DNA of 64,000 nt, taken from contig NW_024055475.1 of NCBI RefSeq assembly GCF_902713615.1, positions 62,001-126,000 of the forward strand, written 5' to 3'. A model generated the notes under the pieces. The model had not been told where the DNA came from, did no database searches, and saw nothing but the letters and a program-made list of their open reading frames with translations. How positions within the stretch are numbered: position 1 is the first letter of the stretch; each line of letters begins with the position of its first letter. The DNA comes from Scyliorhinus canicula. Its lineage: Eukaryota. The translations under genes and the position numbers were made by a program. This document shows, in pieces, positions 37,949 through 48,985 of this stretch.

Positions 37949-40900
37949 TTCGATGAGGCTTTCCCGTTGGTCAAACCGCATGATTTCTTCATTTCTTTGC
38001 AGCGTCGACGGCGGTATTCATTCACATTGTGTTTGCTTTGAGAAGCTGAGCTCAAACTGCATGGAACCAATACGTTCCCGAGAAGCTTGTCGATGTGTGG
38101 GCATTCACATTTCTATTGACTCATTCTGGTGGACTCAGACAGCTTTGTCCCTTTCATTTTATCAGTTCAACAACTTCAGACTGTGAACTCTCACTTCCCC
38201 CTCCACTACATGTTTTTTCCATCAACTTTTCATTCCTTCCATTGATATGTTTTACCCTCAGCATTGCCCACCTCCCCCCAGCCCATACCATCCTACTTGA
38301 TCAATCAGATCCCTGTTTGTAATTGTTCTCTGACGCACTGCTTACCTTTGTTCTGCCATTAACACATTCTGACCGCTTGATGCGCCACCAGCACATTTCA
38401 TAGCCTTGATTAGCCTCATTTACATTCCCCTTTTCTTTCTGCCCGAGACATTTTCTATCGAGGCCCAATACAGCACGCCGCCACCCCCACCCCCCACCCA
38501 CAATCGTCTGAATCTCCAGTTCCAGTTCTCCAGCTTTGACAAAGAGTCCACTTGACTGGAAACGACAGCTGCCATTTCGCTCCCCAGAGGCTGTCAGACC
38601 TGCTGAGATTATCCAGTATTTTTTGTTTTGTTTCCGTTTTTAGCATCCACAGTAAGTTGCATTTGTCATACATTTAGAAATGTTTGAGATGGTGATTAAA
38701 TATGTTCATTTGTAAATCGCTGAAACTCTGTTGTGGATGAACTAGCTGCTAATATCCGAGCTGTGCCAAGATATGAAAATTCTTCACCTCTCATTGCCTG
38801 CCGAATTCAGTGCTTGGGCCTTAATGTTCAATTCAATGTAGTGGCTCATGTGAGGCGAAATCTCATAGTCCTGGAACACACGAGATTCCGGCAACATTCA
38901 GGAACAGAATTATTTTGTGACAAATAATTGTTCAAACTTTTCTCACACAAAATGCTAAATTTTCGATGTTCCTGCCCGGTTTCGATCCAGGGACCTTTCG
39001 CGTGTGAGATGAATGTGATAACCACTACACTACAGAAACCGCTGCGAATATCTGAGCTGTGCCAAGATACGAAAATTCTTCACCTCTCATTGCCTGCCGA
39101 AAATCCAGTGCTTGGACCTTAATGTTCAATTCAGTTTAGTGGCTCATGTGAAACGAAATCTCATAGTCCTGGGACACACGAGATTCCGGCAAAATTCAGG
39201 AACAGAATTATTTTGTGCCCAATAATTGTGCAAATATTTCTCACACGAAATGCTCGATGTTTCTGCCCGGTTTCGGACCGGGGAACTTTCGCGTGTGAGG
39301 CGAATGTGATAACCACTACACTACAGAAACAGCTGGCAACCAATGGACGTGCGGAATGTACAACCTCACTGTGTTGCTGCAGATGCTGATGGTCTGTTTG
39401 AGAGGCCAGGTCCCTTGTCACAGACGACAGCTGTTTCTTAAATTAACAGATGTCTCAACATATAAAGCCGTGAGATGTAGAAATTATATCGAAATTAACA
39501 TAAGTTATATTTTGCTTAATGTCGGTCTTAAATTTGAGCTCTTTGGCCTCGAGGTCTGGTCCTCGTTTAGGGATTTTCAATCAATGCCTATGGGAGTGGT
39601 CGTGGGTTTAAATCCAGTACAGGCTCTTTACTCCAGGTCAGGGATTATGAATTGTTTGCGATGCTGACGGCGGGGTTGATTTACATTGGCCCACTCTGAA
39701 AAAGATTTCTCAGGACTCGGAATGTTTACGTCGTTTCACTCCCAACAGATGATGCTCGAGAGAGAGACAGTGTCTGAGCTGGAGTGCGTTTGGATAAAAT
39801 TGATGCTCCAGATCTCCGTTAACCACAGGGACATGACCCATCTAATCCACAGAGCCAAAGTGGAGAATTGAGCTGACTGGAGATCTGGATCTTAACGCTG
39901 ACCTCCCGGACCTCGGCGTCGTGAAATGTTCCAAAGAAGCTCAACAGACACTCGAGGAACAGCAGCTCATCATTCCACTGGGCTCAATCCATTTTCACAC
40001 TCAGTGTGTGTTCAGCAGTTTCACACTGTAAATGCTGCACCCATTTTGTGTGCCCTTACATCGCAGATTTGGGTTTGAATCTTGTTTCCACTTGTTCTTT
40101 GTGTCCGGGCGGTAGTTGTTGATCAACATGCCATCGATAGCTCCTCCAGACATATCTTTTGTTTCTTTGTTTCTTCCATTGCGCTAACAGAGAGCTGGCA
40201 CAGACACGGCGGCCGGAATGGCCTCATACTGTGGTGCCATTATTCTCTGATTCGATGCTAACCTAACTCTGTGGCCAGGGACCCAAGGCCTCTTCTCATT
40301 TAATCTCTCCTGATTTGCCCCCGATTAGAGCCCTTTCCTGTTGTTCTGTTTCCTCCCCGGTAATTCACTTGGTTAAGACGTACCACATTTCTAACCTGTC
40401 CCGGTTTTAATGAAAGGTGATGGTGAAAGACGAACTTTGTTGTCCTGTCGACAAATGCCGCCTGACTACCTGAGATGTTGCAGTACTTTTGGCGTTCTCC
40501 GCAGATGTTAGATTGATTTTCGATGGCAATAACAGTATGCTTTGACTCTTTTTGCGGGGCTCGTTGGTCTAGGGGTATGATTCTCGCAATGGGTGTGTCG
40601 CTGTCGGAATTTGCGAGAGGTCCCGGGTTCAAATCTCGGACGAGCCCTTCGATGAGGCTTTCCCGTTGGTCAAACCGCATGTTTTCTTCATTTCTTTGCA
40701 GCGTCGACGGCGGTATTCATTCACATTGTGTTTGCTTTGAGAAGCTGAGCTCAAACTGCATGGAACCAATACGTTCCCGAGAAGCTTGTCGATGTGTGGG
40801 CATTCACATTTCTATTGACTCATTCTGGTGGACTCAGACAGCTTTGTCCCTTTCATTTTATCAGTTCAACAACTTCAGACTGTGAACTCTCACTTCCCCC

Positions 40901-41938
40901 TTCACCACATGTTTTTTCCATCAACTTATCATCCCTTCCATTGATATGTTTTACCCTCAGCATCGCCCACCTCCCACCAGACCATACCATCCTACTTCAG
41001 CAATCTGATCCCTGTTTGTAATTGTTCTCTGACGCACTGCTTACCTTTGTTCTGCCATTAACACATTCTGACCGCTTGATGCGCCATCAGCACCGTTCAT
41101 AGCCTTGATTAGCCTCATTTACATTCCCTTTTTCTTTCTGCCCGAGACATTTTCGTCATTTCCCACCTATTGCTAGCCCTCTATCGAGACCCAATACAGC
41201 ACTCCACCACCCCCACCCCCACCCCCACCCACAATCGTCTGAATCTCCAGTTCCAGTTCTCCAGCTTTGACAAAGAGTCCACTTGACTGGAAACGACAGC
41301 TGCCATTTCGCTCCCCAGAGGCTGTCAGACCTGCTGAGATTATCCAGTATTTTCTGTTTTTGTTTCCGTTTGAAGCATCCGCAGTAAGTTGCATTTGTCA
41401 TACATTTAGGCATGTTTGAGATGGTGATTAAATATGTTCATTTGTAAATCGCTGAAACTCTGTTGTGGATGAACTAGCTGCTAATATCCGAGGTGTGCCA
41501 AGATCTGAAAATTCTTCACCTCTCATTGCCTACCCGGAATTCAGTGCTTGGTCCTTCATGTTCAATTCAGAGAGCTGGCACAGACACGGCGGCCGGAATG
41601 GCCTCATACTGTGGTGTCATTATTCTCTGACTTGATGCTAACCTAACTCTGTGGCCAGGGTCCCAAGGCCTCTTCTCATTTCATCTCTCCAGACTTCCCC
41701 CCTATTAGAGCCCTTTCCTGTTGTTCTGTTTCCTCCCTGCGGGAGTTCACTTGGTTAAGACGTACCACATTTCTAACCTGTCCCGGTTTTAATGAAAGGT
41801 GACGGTGAAAGACGAACTTGTTGTCCTGTCGACAAATGCCGCCTGACTCCCTGAGATGTTGCAGTACTTTTACCGTTCTCCGCAGATGTTTGATCGATTT
41901 TCGATGGCAATGACAGTATGCTTTGGCTCCTTTTGCGG

Positions 41939-42029
41939 GGCTCGTTGGTCTAGGGGGTATGATTCTCGGTTTGGGTGTCTCGCTGTCGGAATTTGCGAGA
42001 GGTCCCGGGTTCAAATGCCGGATGAGCCC
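41939..42029 (+). tRNA. Intron-type tRNA-Pro(TGG), degenerate
   Basis: Same 18-nt insert; extra G in the D loop; stem mismatches. Confidence 0.75.
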
Positions 42030-42148
42030 TTTGATGAGGTTTTCCGTTGGTCAAGCAACATGTTTTCTTCATTTCTTTGCGGCGAAGACGGCGGGATTCA
42101 TTGCTGTCCAACCCATCGAACTAAAGGGGACGCCAAAACTCGGAACTG

Positions 42149-42216
42149 CGAGCCAGCCGACGAACTTGGAATCTTCTGATTCATCCTCAGACGCTTTATC
42201 CATTGCGCCACTGCAG
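42149..42216 (-). pseudogene. tRNA-Arg pseudogene
   Basis: CAGTGGCGCAATGGATAAAGCGTCTGAG..TCCAAGTTCGTCGGCTGGCTCG with a deletion. Confidence 0.65.
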
Positions 42217-42302
42217 TCCAAGCATTTGCTATTCCTCGATGATGCAGACCAGTTACGAGGTTGAGGTAATATTTAGCAACAGACTAAACTGGAAGCACCA
42301 GA

Positions 42303-42375
42303 TGTTTCTGCCCGGTTTCGAACCTGGGACCATGCGCGTGCAAAGCGAATGAATTAACCACTACACTACAGAAAC
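42303..42375 (-). pseudogene. Val-body tRNA pseudogene with TGC (Ala) anticodon
   Basis: TTCGC TT TGC AC GCGCA; paralog of the Val-TAC copies. Confidence 0.7.
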
Positions 42376-42719
42376 AGCTGGCAACGCAGACTCCAACGGA
42401 CCTGTGTCACCTTCACTCAGCAACCTTGTTGCAGCTTCGCATGGTTCGGCTGAGAGGCCATATCGCTTCTTATAAGAATATGTCTGTTTCTTCAAACCAG
42501 ATGTCTAAACTTACAAGCCAGAAGAAGGACCTATATTGAACTGAAGCATTTGTTCAGCAAATCTCTAACGGCGAAATGCTCTCTTCTATTATTAATGCAG
42601 CATTCTTAAATCCTACAGAAAAAAGCAACCGACTTTAAACAATATTCGTGTCCTTATTCAATGCGTGAGTTGAGTTTAAGAATTGATAATTATGTGTTTT
42701 GAGTACACATTACTATAAG

Positions 42720-43540
42720 ACATCCTTCAATCTGGCCTGTTGTATTTGTTGATCCCAACGGCATCTGCTCTGCATTGCAGAGACTAAATACCGACTCGGT
42801 GACCGCTTTGGAAAACACCTAAGCTCCATCGACAAGCTGGTGGCAGACTCTCCTGTCGCTTGCCATTTCAACTCACTGTCCTGCTCTCATGTCCACATGT
42901 CCGATCTTGGCCTGCTGCAATGTTTCCATGTAGCTCAGCACAAAGCCGAGGAACAGCACCCCAACCTCCGAATAGGCACGGTACAGCCTTGCGGATTTTA
43001 CAGTAGGCTCAACAACTTCGTACCGTGAAATCACTCTTCCCACTTCACCACATGTTTATTTCCATCAACGTATTTTCATTGCTTCCATTAATATGTCTTC
43101 CTCTCCCATTGTCTCCCCCTCCCCATTCCCCAAGCCAATCCCATCCCTCTTGGGAAATCCGCCCCTTGTTCCTCACTGTCCTCTGCCATTAACACATTCT
43201 AATCTTCTAATCGCCTCTGTCAGCACAGTTCTTAACTTTGATTAGAAGCATTTACATTCCCTTTTTCTTTCGACCCAACACATTTTTGTTATTCTCCACC
43301 CATCGCTGGCCGTCTGTCGAGGCCCAATGCTTCACGCTCCCCTCCACCCCCACCGCCAATCTAAACCTAACCAAAGATCCAGTTGTCCAGCTTCGACAAA
43401 GAGTTACCCAGACTCGAAACGACACTTGCCATCTCTCTCCACGGAGCCTGTCAGATCTGCTGAGACTGTCCTGTGTTTTCTGTTTTTCTATCCCATTGAC
43501 GCATCCGCAGTAAGTTGCTTTTATCGTACATTTAGACATG
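42720..43540 (+). mobile_element. Penelope-like element 3' part (GIY-YIG C-terminus); repeated at ~50640, 52880, 55850, 57990 and 60260, inverted at ~62376
   Basis: Decayed ETKxRLGDRFxKHL..SPVACHFN..EEQHP.LRIGTVQPCG motif typical of Penelope/Poseidon endonuclease ends. Confidence 0.75.
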
Positions 43541-44185
43541 TTTGAAAGATGCGCTGCTGTTCCTCGAGTATCTGTTGAGCTTCTTTGGAACATTTCACGA
43601 CACCGAGGTCCGGGAGGTCAGCGTTAAGATCCAGCTCCCCAGTCAGTTCAATTCTCCACTTTGGCTCTGTGGATTAGATGGGTCACGTCCCTGCCGTCAC
43701 AGATCTGAAGCATCAATTTTATCCAAGCGCATTCCAGCTCAGACACTGTCTCTCTCTCTCGAGCATCATCTGTGGGGAGAGAAACGACGTAAACATCGCG
43801 AGTGCTGAGAAATCTTTTTCAGAGTGGGCCAATGTAAATCAACCCCGTCGTCAGCATCGCAAACAATTCATAATGTCTGACCTGGAGTAAAGGGCTTGCC
43901 CCGGATTTAACCCAAGACCGCTCCCTTGGGCATTGATTGAAAATCCCTAAACGAGAACCACACCTCGGGACCAAAGAGCACAAGTTTCCGACGGAGGTTC
44001 AGTAAAATATAACTCATGTTAAATTCGATATAATTTCTGCAACTCATGGTATTATGTTGAAACATCTGTTTTTTAAAGAAACAGCTGTCGTCTTGGAATA
44101 AGTGAGGTGGCCTCTCAGCCTCACTATTACAATATGCAGCAACACAGTGACGTTGTACATTGTTCACGTCCATTACTGGTCAGCG

Positions 44186-44258
44186 GTTTCTGTAGTGTAG
44201 TGGTTATCACATTCGCCTCACACGCGAAATGTCCCCTTTTCAAAACCAGGCAGAAACA
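44186..44258 (+). tRNA. tRNA-Val(CAC) pseudogene in an inverted cassette
   Basis: Val 5' half intact; T-arm degenerate (CCCCTTTTCAAAACC). Confidence 0.75.
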
Positions 44259-44352
44259 TCTCGTGCTTCCAATTTTGTATTTTTCTGAATATTACCTCAA
44301 TCTCATAACTGGTCTCCATCAACGAGGAATAGCCAATGACGTGCACCGCTGT

Positions 44353-44417
44353 GGCCCAGTGTCGCAAAGGATAACGCGTCTGACTACGAATTCCAGGTTC
44401 CACTTCTGGCTGGCTCG
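44353..44417 (+). pseudogene. tRNA-Arg(ACG) pseudogene with 8-nt deletion
   Basis: GGATAACGCGTCTGACTACGAATTCCAGGTTCCAC..GGCTGGCTCG. Confidence 0.7.
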
Positions 44418-44754
44418 GAATTCAGAGTTTTGGTGTGCGCTTTAATCAGTGGGTGGGACAGCTGATTCTTTGTGCAGAAAAATGAAGATTGCGTTTAGTG
44501 ACCTTCTATTTAGGTTTCTCGACAATATTTGACATTTGTGTTTTGATGTGTATTTCAATAAACCCACTCAGTAGTTATACATTGGATTGAAGAGAATCCG
44601 TCAGCAGAGGGAGGCAGGCAGCAGTATGCTAATTAGAAAGTCACGTGAGATCAATGCCAAAGCCAATAGTGACGTGAGATGCTGGCGTCGGACTGGGCGA
44701 GCAGTAAGAAGTCTGACAACAACCTGGTTAAAGTCGAATCATGATGGTATCCTG

Positions 44755-44764
44755 AGTGATGTCA
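44755..44764 (+). promoter_or_regulatory. TCR V promoter CRE-like decamer AGTGATGTCA
   Basis: 122 bp upstream of the leader ATG; the same decamer lies upstream of paralogs at 11963, 25799 and 33929. Confidence 0.7.
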
Positions 44765-44886
44765 CAATAGGCCTGGCCCCCTGCGGTGTGTGGCTGGAAC
44801 AATGAGTTGAACAGAGCCCGGGATCCCTCGCTCTTTCTCATTCTCTGACTCATTTCATTCCCATTCACTGAGAAATTTAATGAGAC

Positions 44887-45410
44887 ATGTTTCTAATAAT
44901 ACTGGCGACGCTCTGGGACGGTCAGTATACGATTAGGTTCATCGTGACAGTTTAGCATATTGATCGCAAATAGTTTGCACTCAACATTAATATCGTTAAC
45001 GATAAGATATATACATGTTATGTGTAGCTTGGCAAATGAGAGTTTACACACTTACGTCTCGATAGACACACGTTTCGCTTGACTCTATTTAATCTCGGGC
45101 TCTTTTGTTCATCGACTTTCACAGGGGGATTATGTGCATTGACTCAGTCTCCAGTGACATTAACTGTGTTAGAAGAGCGTTCGGCGCAGTTAATTTGCGA
45201 GTATACAGATCAGGGTATAAACACCATGCAGTGGTATCGGCAGAAACAGGCACATCCTCCAATTTGCATAATTTACAAAGTAGCAGTACTGAAGAAAGAT
45301 AAAATCTCAGGACGATATCTGGCGACTGATGATTAGTCTACAAAGTCTGGTTACCTGAACATAGGCGCCCTGAATGTGGAGACGGAGCGGTTTATTACTG
45401 TTCAGAGAGG
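44887..45410 (+). pseudogene. V pseudogene (leader 44887-44920, V exon 45125-45410), RSS CACAGTG-23-ACAAAGACC at 45411-45449
   Basis: MFLIILATLWD; LTQSPVTLTVLEERSAQLICEY..MQWYRQKQ..; in-frame TAG and a 1-nt deletion before YYC. Confidence 0.88.
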
Positions 45411-45599
45411 CACAGTGTCTGATACAAGACAAGAAGTCGTACAAAGACCTCCTTTCTTCTCGGCTGAGTGTTTTTGACGCCTCTAACTGCGAAAGTCTAT
45501 TTCCGTGCTCGCAGTGAACAAAACTGACAGGTTTATGTAAGACACATTTGCATTGATGTCTTTATCATTGTCCACCTGAACAGAAAGCCGGTCTAGGAA

Positions 45600-45848
45600 A
45601 CCCTGAGACTTATCTCCATGATCCGAGTTATATCACCACAGCAATTTCGGAGCTTACCCTGAATATTGATGTTCCAACAGAGGCGACCCAGGAGTAGTGA
45701 GTCTGTGTTACTTGTTGCGGCAAAGGAACACAGGCTGTGTCAGAGTCTGGGGTGGATTCTAACACATGGAATAAACAATGTCCCTTTGAACATAGTCTTA
45801 CCAAGCAGCACGGCCATTATCAGAAACGGCCCTGGAGAGTACACGGTG
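45600..45848 (+). pseudogene. Decayed V remnant
   Basis: MFQQRRP..LL..NNVPLNI..STAI resembles WYxQxP..NKTVPLNI..DTAV; CACGGTG at 45842. Confidence 0.4.
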
Positions 45849-46591
45849 TCTAATGTAGACTTCAGCGGAAAAAGAATCCTTGTTATTAAACGCAGATCAG
45901 AAACAGATTTCACTTATCTGGCGACTAAGGGACGTTTCCAGCGACTGTGTTACAAACTGTAGCTTTTTGCAGAGCTGACCGGTGTTCCACCGCAGCCCAA
46001 TGGTGCTTTAGCATCTGGACTTGGGGAACTGGCTGTCAGTGAATCTAAACAACCCGAATAGAGATCTAGTCAGTATCCTTATAAGAATACAGGTTTCACT
46101 GTTAGGCACGGGGTAGGAATGGCCCCGGTCATCTGGTTATTGTCAGGCGGAAGAATTAGGCTGTGAATTGTGTTAGGAAACATTCAAATAAACATTTGTA
46201 AATAAACATTGAGGTAATTCTGAGCTTTTGGCTTGTTACCAGCAAATTACTCGAGCCAAATAGACACTATGTGCCGGCTGTGGTCGAAGAGACCCAGAAA
46301 CTGAGAGCGTGAATGGGGAAAGGATTTCACATTGATTCCGAAAGACAGGACAAGATCAGAAAAAGGCAGAAAGTGTGTGAACGCACCACAAATTAATTTT
46401 TGAAATTAATTTACAGTATAGCTGCAAGTTAAAAATCGAACTAATAACATTCCTCAGCTGCTGCTTACGTTATTGTTGGGTGTTGTGTTTTGTTCTCATA
46501 TCTTAATCATGACCCTCACAGGCTCAGTTATTGTTTATGTTTTCAGTGCGAGCGCGCCCTCTGCTGACAATAACTGGAACTCTCACGCTGG

Positions 46592-46631
46592 GGTTTTTGT
46601 ACAGGCTCCGCTATTTCTCTGCATCAGTGTG
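46592..46631 (-). promoter_or_regulatory. RSS CACACTG-24-ACAAAAACC
   Basis: Perfect nonamer; spacer 46601-46624 counted as 24 nt. Confidence 0.85.
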
Positions 46632-47055
46632 GGCTGCAAGGCACAGAAATACACGGCGGTGTCGGAGAGAAGCGCCGCGGCGATATTTAAAGGAACCGTT
46701 TTGTTTTCTTTGTTTAAAATAGCCGAGAACCTGGTTGGCAAATCTTGAGACGTAGCTCCTGAGCTATATATCTTGAATAAATATTTCGGAGCTTCTCCGG
46801 GAGAATGGATGTACCAGAACAGAGTTGGAGCACCAGTTGTCGAGTAGCTGCAGCCCAGTGTTATTGCCCGTCCTTCCAGAACTGTTAATTCAGCGGGATC
46901 CTGGAACACTTCATCTTTGCCATTTGTTCCTGCAACAAATTACAGAATCTATTAAATATCTGGGAGCGAACGCTGGGAACAGACAATGACCATTTGAACA
47001 TAGACTCACCGGGCAGCAAGACCAACAGTATTAGAAAAGAACATCGAGACAACAT
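46632..47055 (-). CDS. TCR alpha/delta-type V segment, apparently intact (leader 47010-47055, V exon 46632-46929)
   Basis: MLSRCSFLILLVLLP/G; VFQDPAELTVLEGRAITLGCSY..LFWYIHSPGEAP..DTAVYFCALQP; same family as 7272. Confidence 0.92.
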
Positions 47056-47456
47056 GGTTGCTGCTTTAGAATTTCACAGAAGTCACAGAATTGTTAAAAC
47101 ATGTTAACTCTTATAGTCTGACATGAAAAAGGAAATTCAAAGGCAGATTTCATTTATTGGGTAACTAAGGGGCGTGGCCCAATGGTAGGATTGGCTGGCT
47201 ACTCAGTGCTGCTGATCACGCAAGTGAACACATGTGCTCCCTGTCAGCAATTGGCTAACACTCAGTATTAGTGTCAGCTCAGTGACTAACTCTTTCTCTA
47301 TATCGCACTGTCTGTCTTTTTCTGCGTCCTTTGTTCTTCTCGATGTTTGTCTGGCTCTTTCAATCGTTAAGTATGTCTGTGTGCCAATCTCTTTCCTCTG
47401 TATCTCGGAACCTCTCTCTCCTTCTACCCCGTGTCAGGAAAGCGCAGAATGGGAGC

Positions 47457-47650
47457 GTCACGGTGGCGCAGTGGTTAGCACTGCTACCTCACGGTGCTGA
47501 GGAGCCGCGTTTGATCCTCGGTCTCGGGTCACTGTCCATGTTCAGTTTCAGCGTTCTCCCCGTGTCTGTGTGGATCTCACCCCCACGAGTACAAAGATGT
47601 ACAGGGTAGGTGGATTGGCCACGTTAATTTTCCCCTGGATTGAAATCAAA
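47457..47650 (+). mobile_element. tRNA-derived SINE
   Basis: CACGGTGGCGCAGTGGTTAGCACTGCTACCTCACGG head followed by SINE core. Confidence 0.7.
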
Positions 47651-48809
47651 ATGAATTGTGTACTTTAAATTTATTAAAACAAAGGAAAGTGCAGAATGTG
47701 GAACATTCATTTTCTCCCAGTCTGCCATGTCAACAACTTCACCAAACAATGTGTTCCAGGAAGGAGGGAGTAGAAGTATCAGACAAAATATACTCCCCGG
47801 AACTCTGAGACACTCAAATAGAAATCAAGCTGCCTCTCGGATCAATTGCAGATCCGGGAATTCACGAGAAATGTCTTCACCTAGTAGAGGTTAGAATATG
47901 GAAATGTCCATTACAGGTAGTGACAGAGGCGAATTGATGCATTCAAGGGGCCAAGGAGGCAGGAGGGGTTGGAAGGATATGCTCGAGTTGGATGAAGCTG
48001 GTTAGAGGATATTGGTAGAAAGTGTGAGCATCTAGGTACTGAGTCAGATGTTCTTTTCAGGGGTATAAATTCCATTTCATTTTATAGAACACAGTCTGCG
48101 AGTTTTTACTGTCAGTTCAGTTGAATTTTAAAGCAATGATTTCCGCTTTCAATACCCGTGTGTTCCAGCTCTAAGCAATGGAGATTCTGTTACTCAGCGG
48201 GAATCCTCACTCGCACACACAGAGGGGAAGATGTCATTTTAACCTGCACTTATACCGACGATGTATTGTACTTATTTCAGTCAATTCAATTCTCCACTTT
48301 GGCTCTGTGGATTAGATGGGTCACGCCCCTGTGGTTAACACAGATCTGGAGCATCAATTTTATCCAAACGCACTCCGGCTCAGACACTGTCTTTCTCGAG
48401 CATCATCTGTGGGGAGAGAAACGACTTAAACATCCCGAGTCCTGAGAAATCTTTTTCAGAGTGGGCCAATGTAAATCAACCCCGCTGTCAGCATCGCAAA
48501 CAATTCATAATCCCTGACCTTGAGTAAAGAGCCTGTCCTGGATTTAAACCCACGACCACTCCCATAGGCATTGATTGAAAATCCCTAAACGAGACCAAAG
48601 AGCACAAATTTAAGACCGACATTAAGCAAAATATAACTTATGTTAATTTCGATATAATTTCTACATCTCACGGCTTTATATGTTGAACATCTGTTAATTT
48701 AAGAAACAGCTGTCGTCTGCAACAAGGGACCTGGCCTCTCAAACAGACCATCAGACTCTGCAGCAACACAGTGAGGTTGTACATTCCGCACGTCCATTGA
48801 TTGTCAGCG

Positions 48810-48926
48810 GTTTCTGTAGTGTAGCGGTTATCACATTCGCCTCACACGCGAAAGTGCAGGTTAAAATGACATCTTCCCCTCTGTGTGTGCGAGTGAAGAT
48901 TCCCGGTTCGAAACCGGCCAGAAATA
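48810..48926 (+). pseudogene. tRNA-Val(CAC) with a net 44-nt insertion in the variable loop
   Basis: The insert is the inverted copy of 48198-48251. Confidence 0.85.
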
Positions 48927-48985
48927 TTGAGCATTTCGTGTGAGAAAAGTTTGCACAATTATTGGGCACAAAATAATTCAGTTTA

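Larger units (their letters stand above)
35000..42100. repeat. 2.7-kb tandem unit (Pro-intron tRNA + Penelope remnant + two Val-CAC), ~2.5 copies
   Basis: Constant offset of 2699 bp between paralogous tRNAs (36268/38967, 36559/39258, 37859/40558). Confidence 0.9.

Noticed and set aside
7272-47055. IgH/IgNAR/IgL identity for the V genes
   Set aside because: No octamer promoter, no YYCAR ending and no adjacent D/J mini-cluster; motifs fit TCR alpha/delta V.
2817-47650. tRNA-like SINE heads as tRNA genes
   Set aside because: They continue into SINE core and tail and lack a complete cloverleaf.
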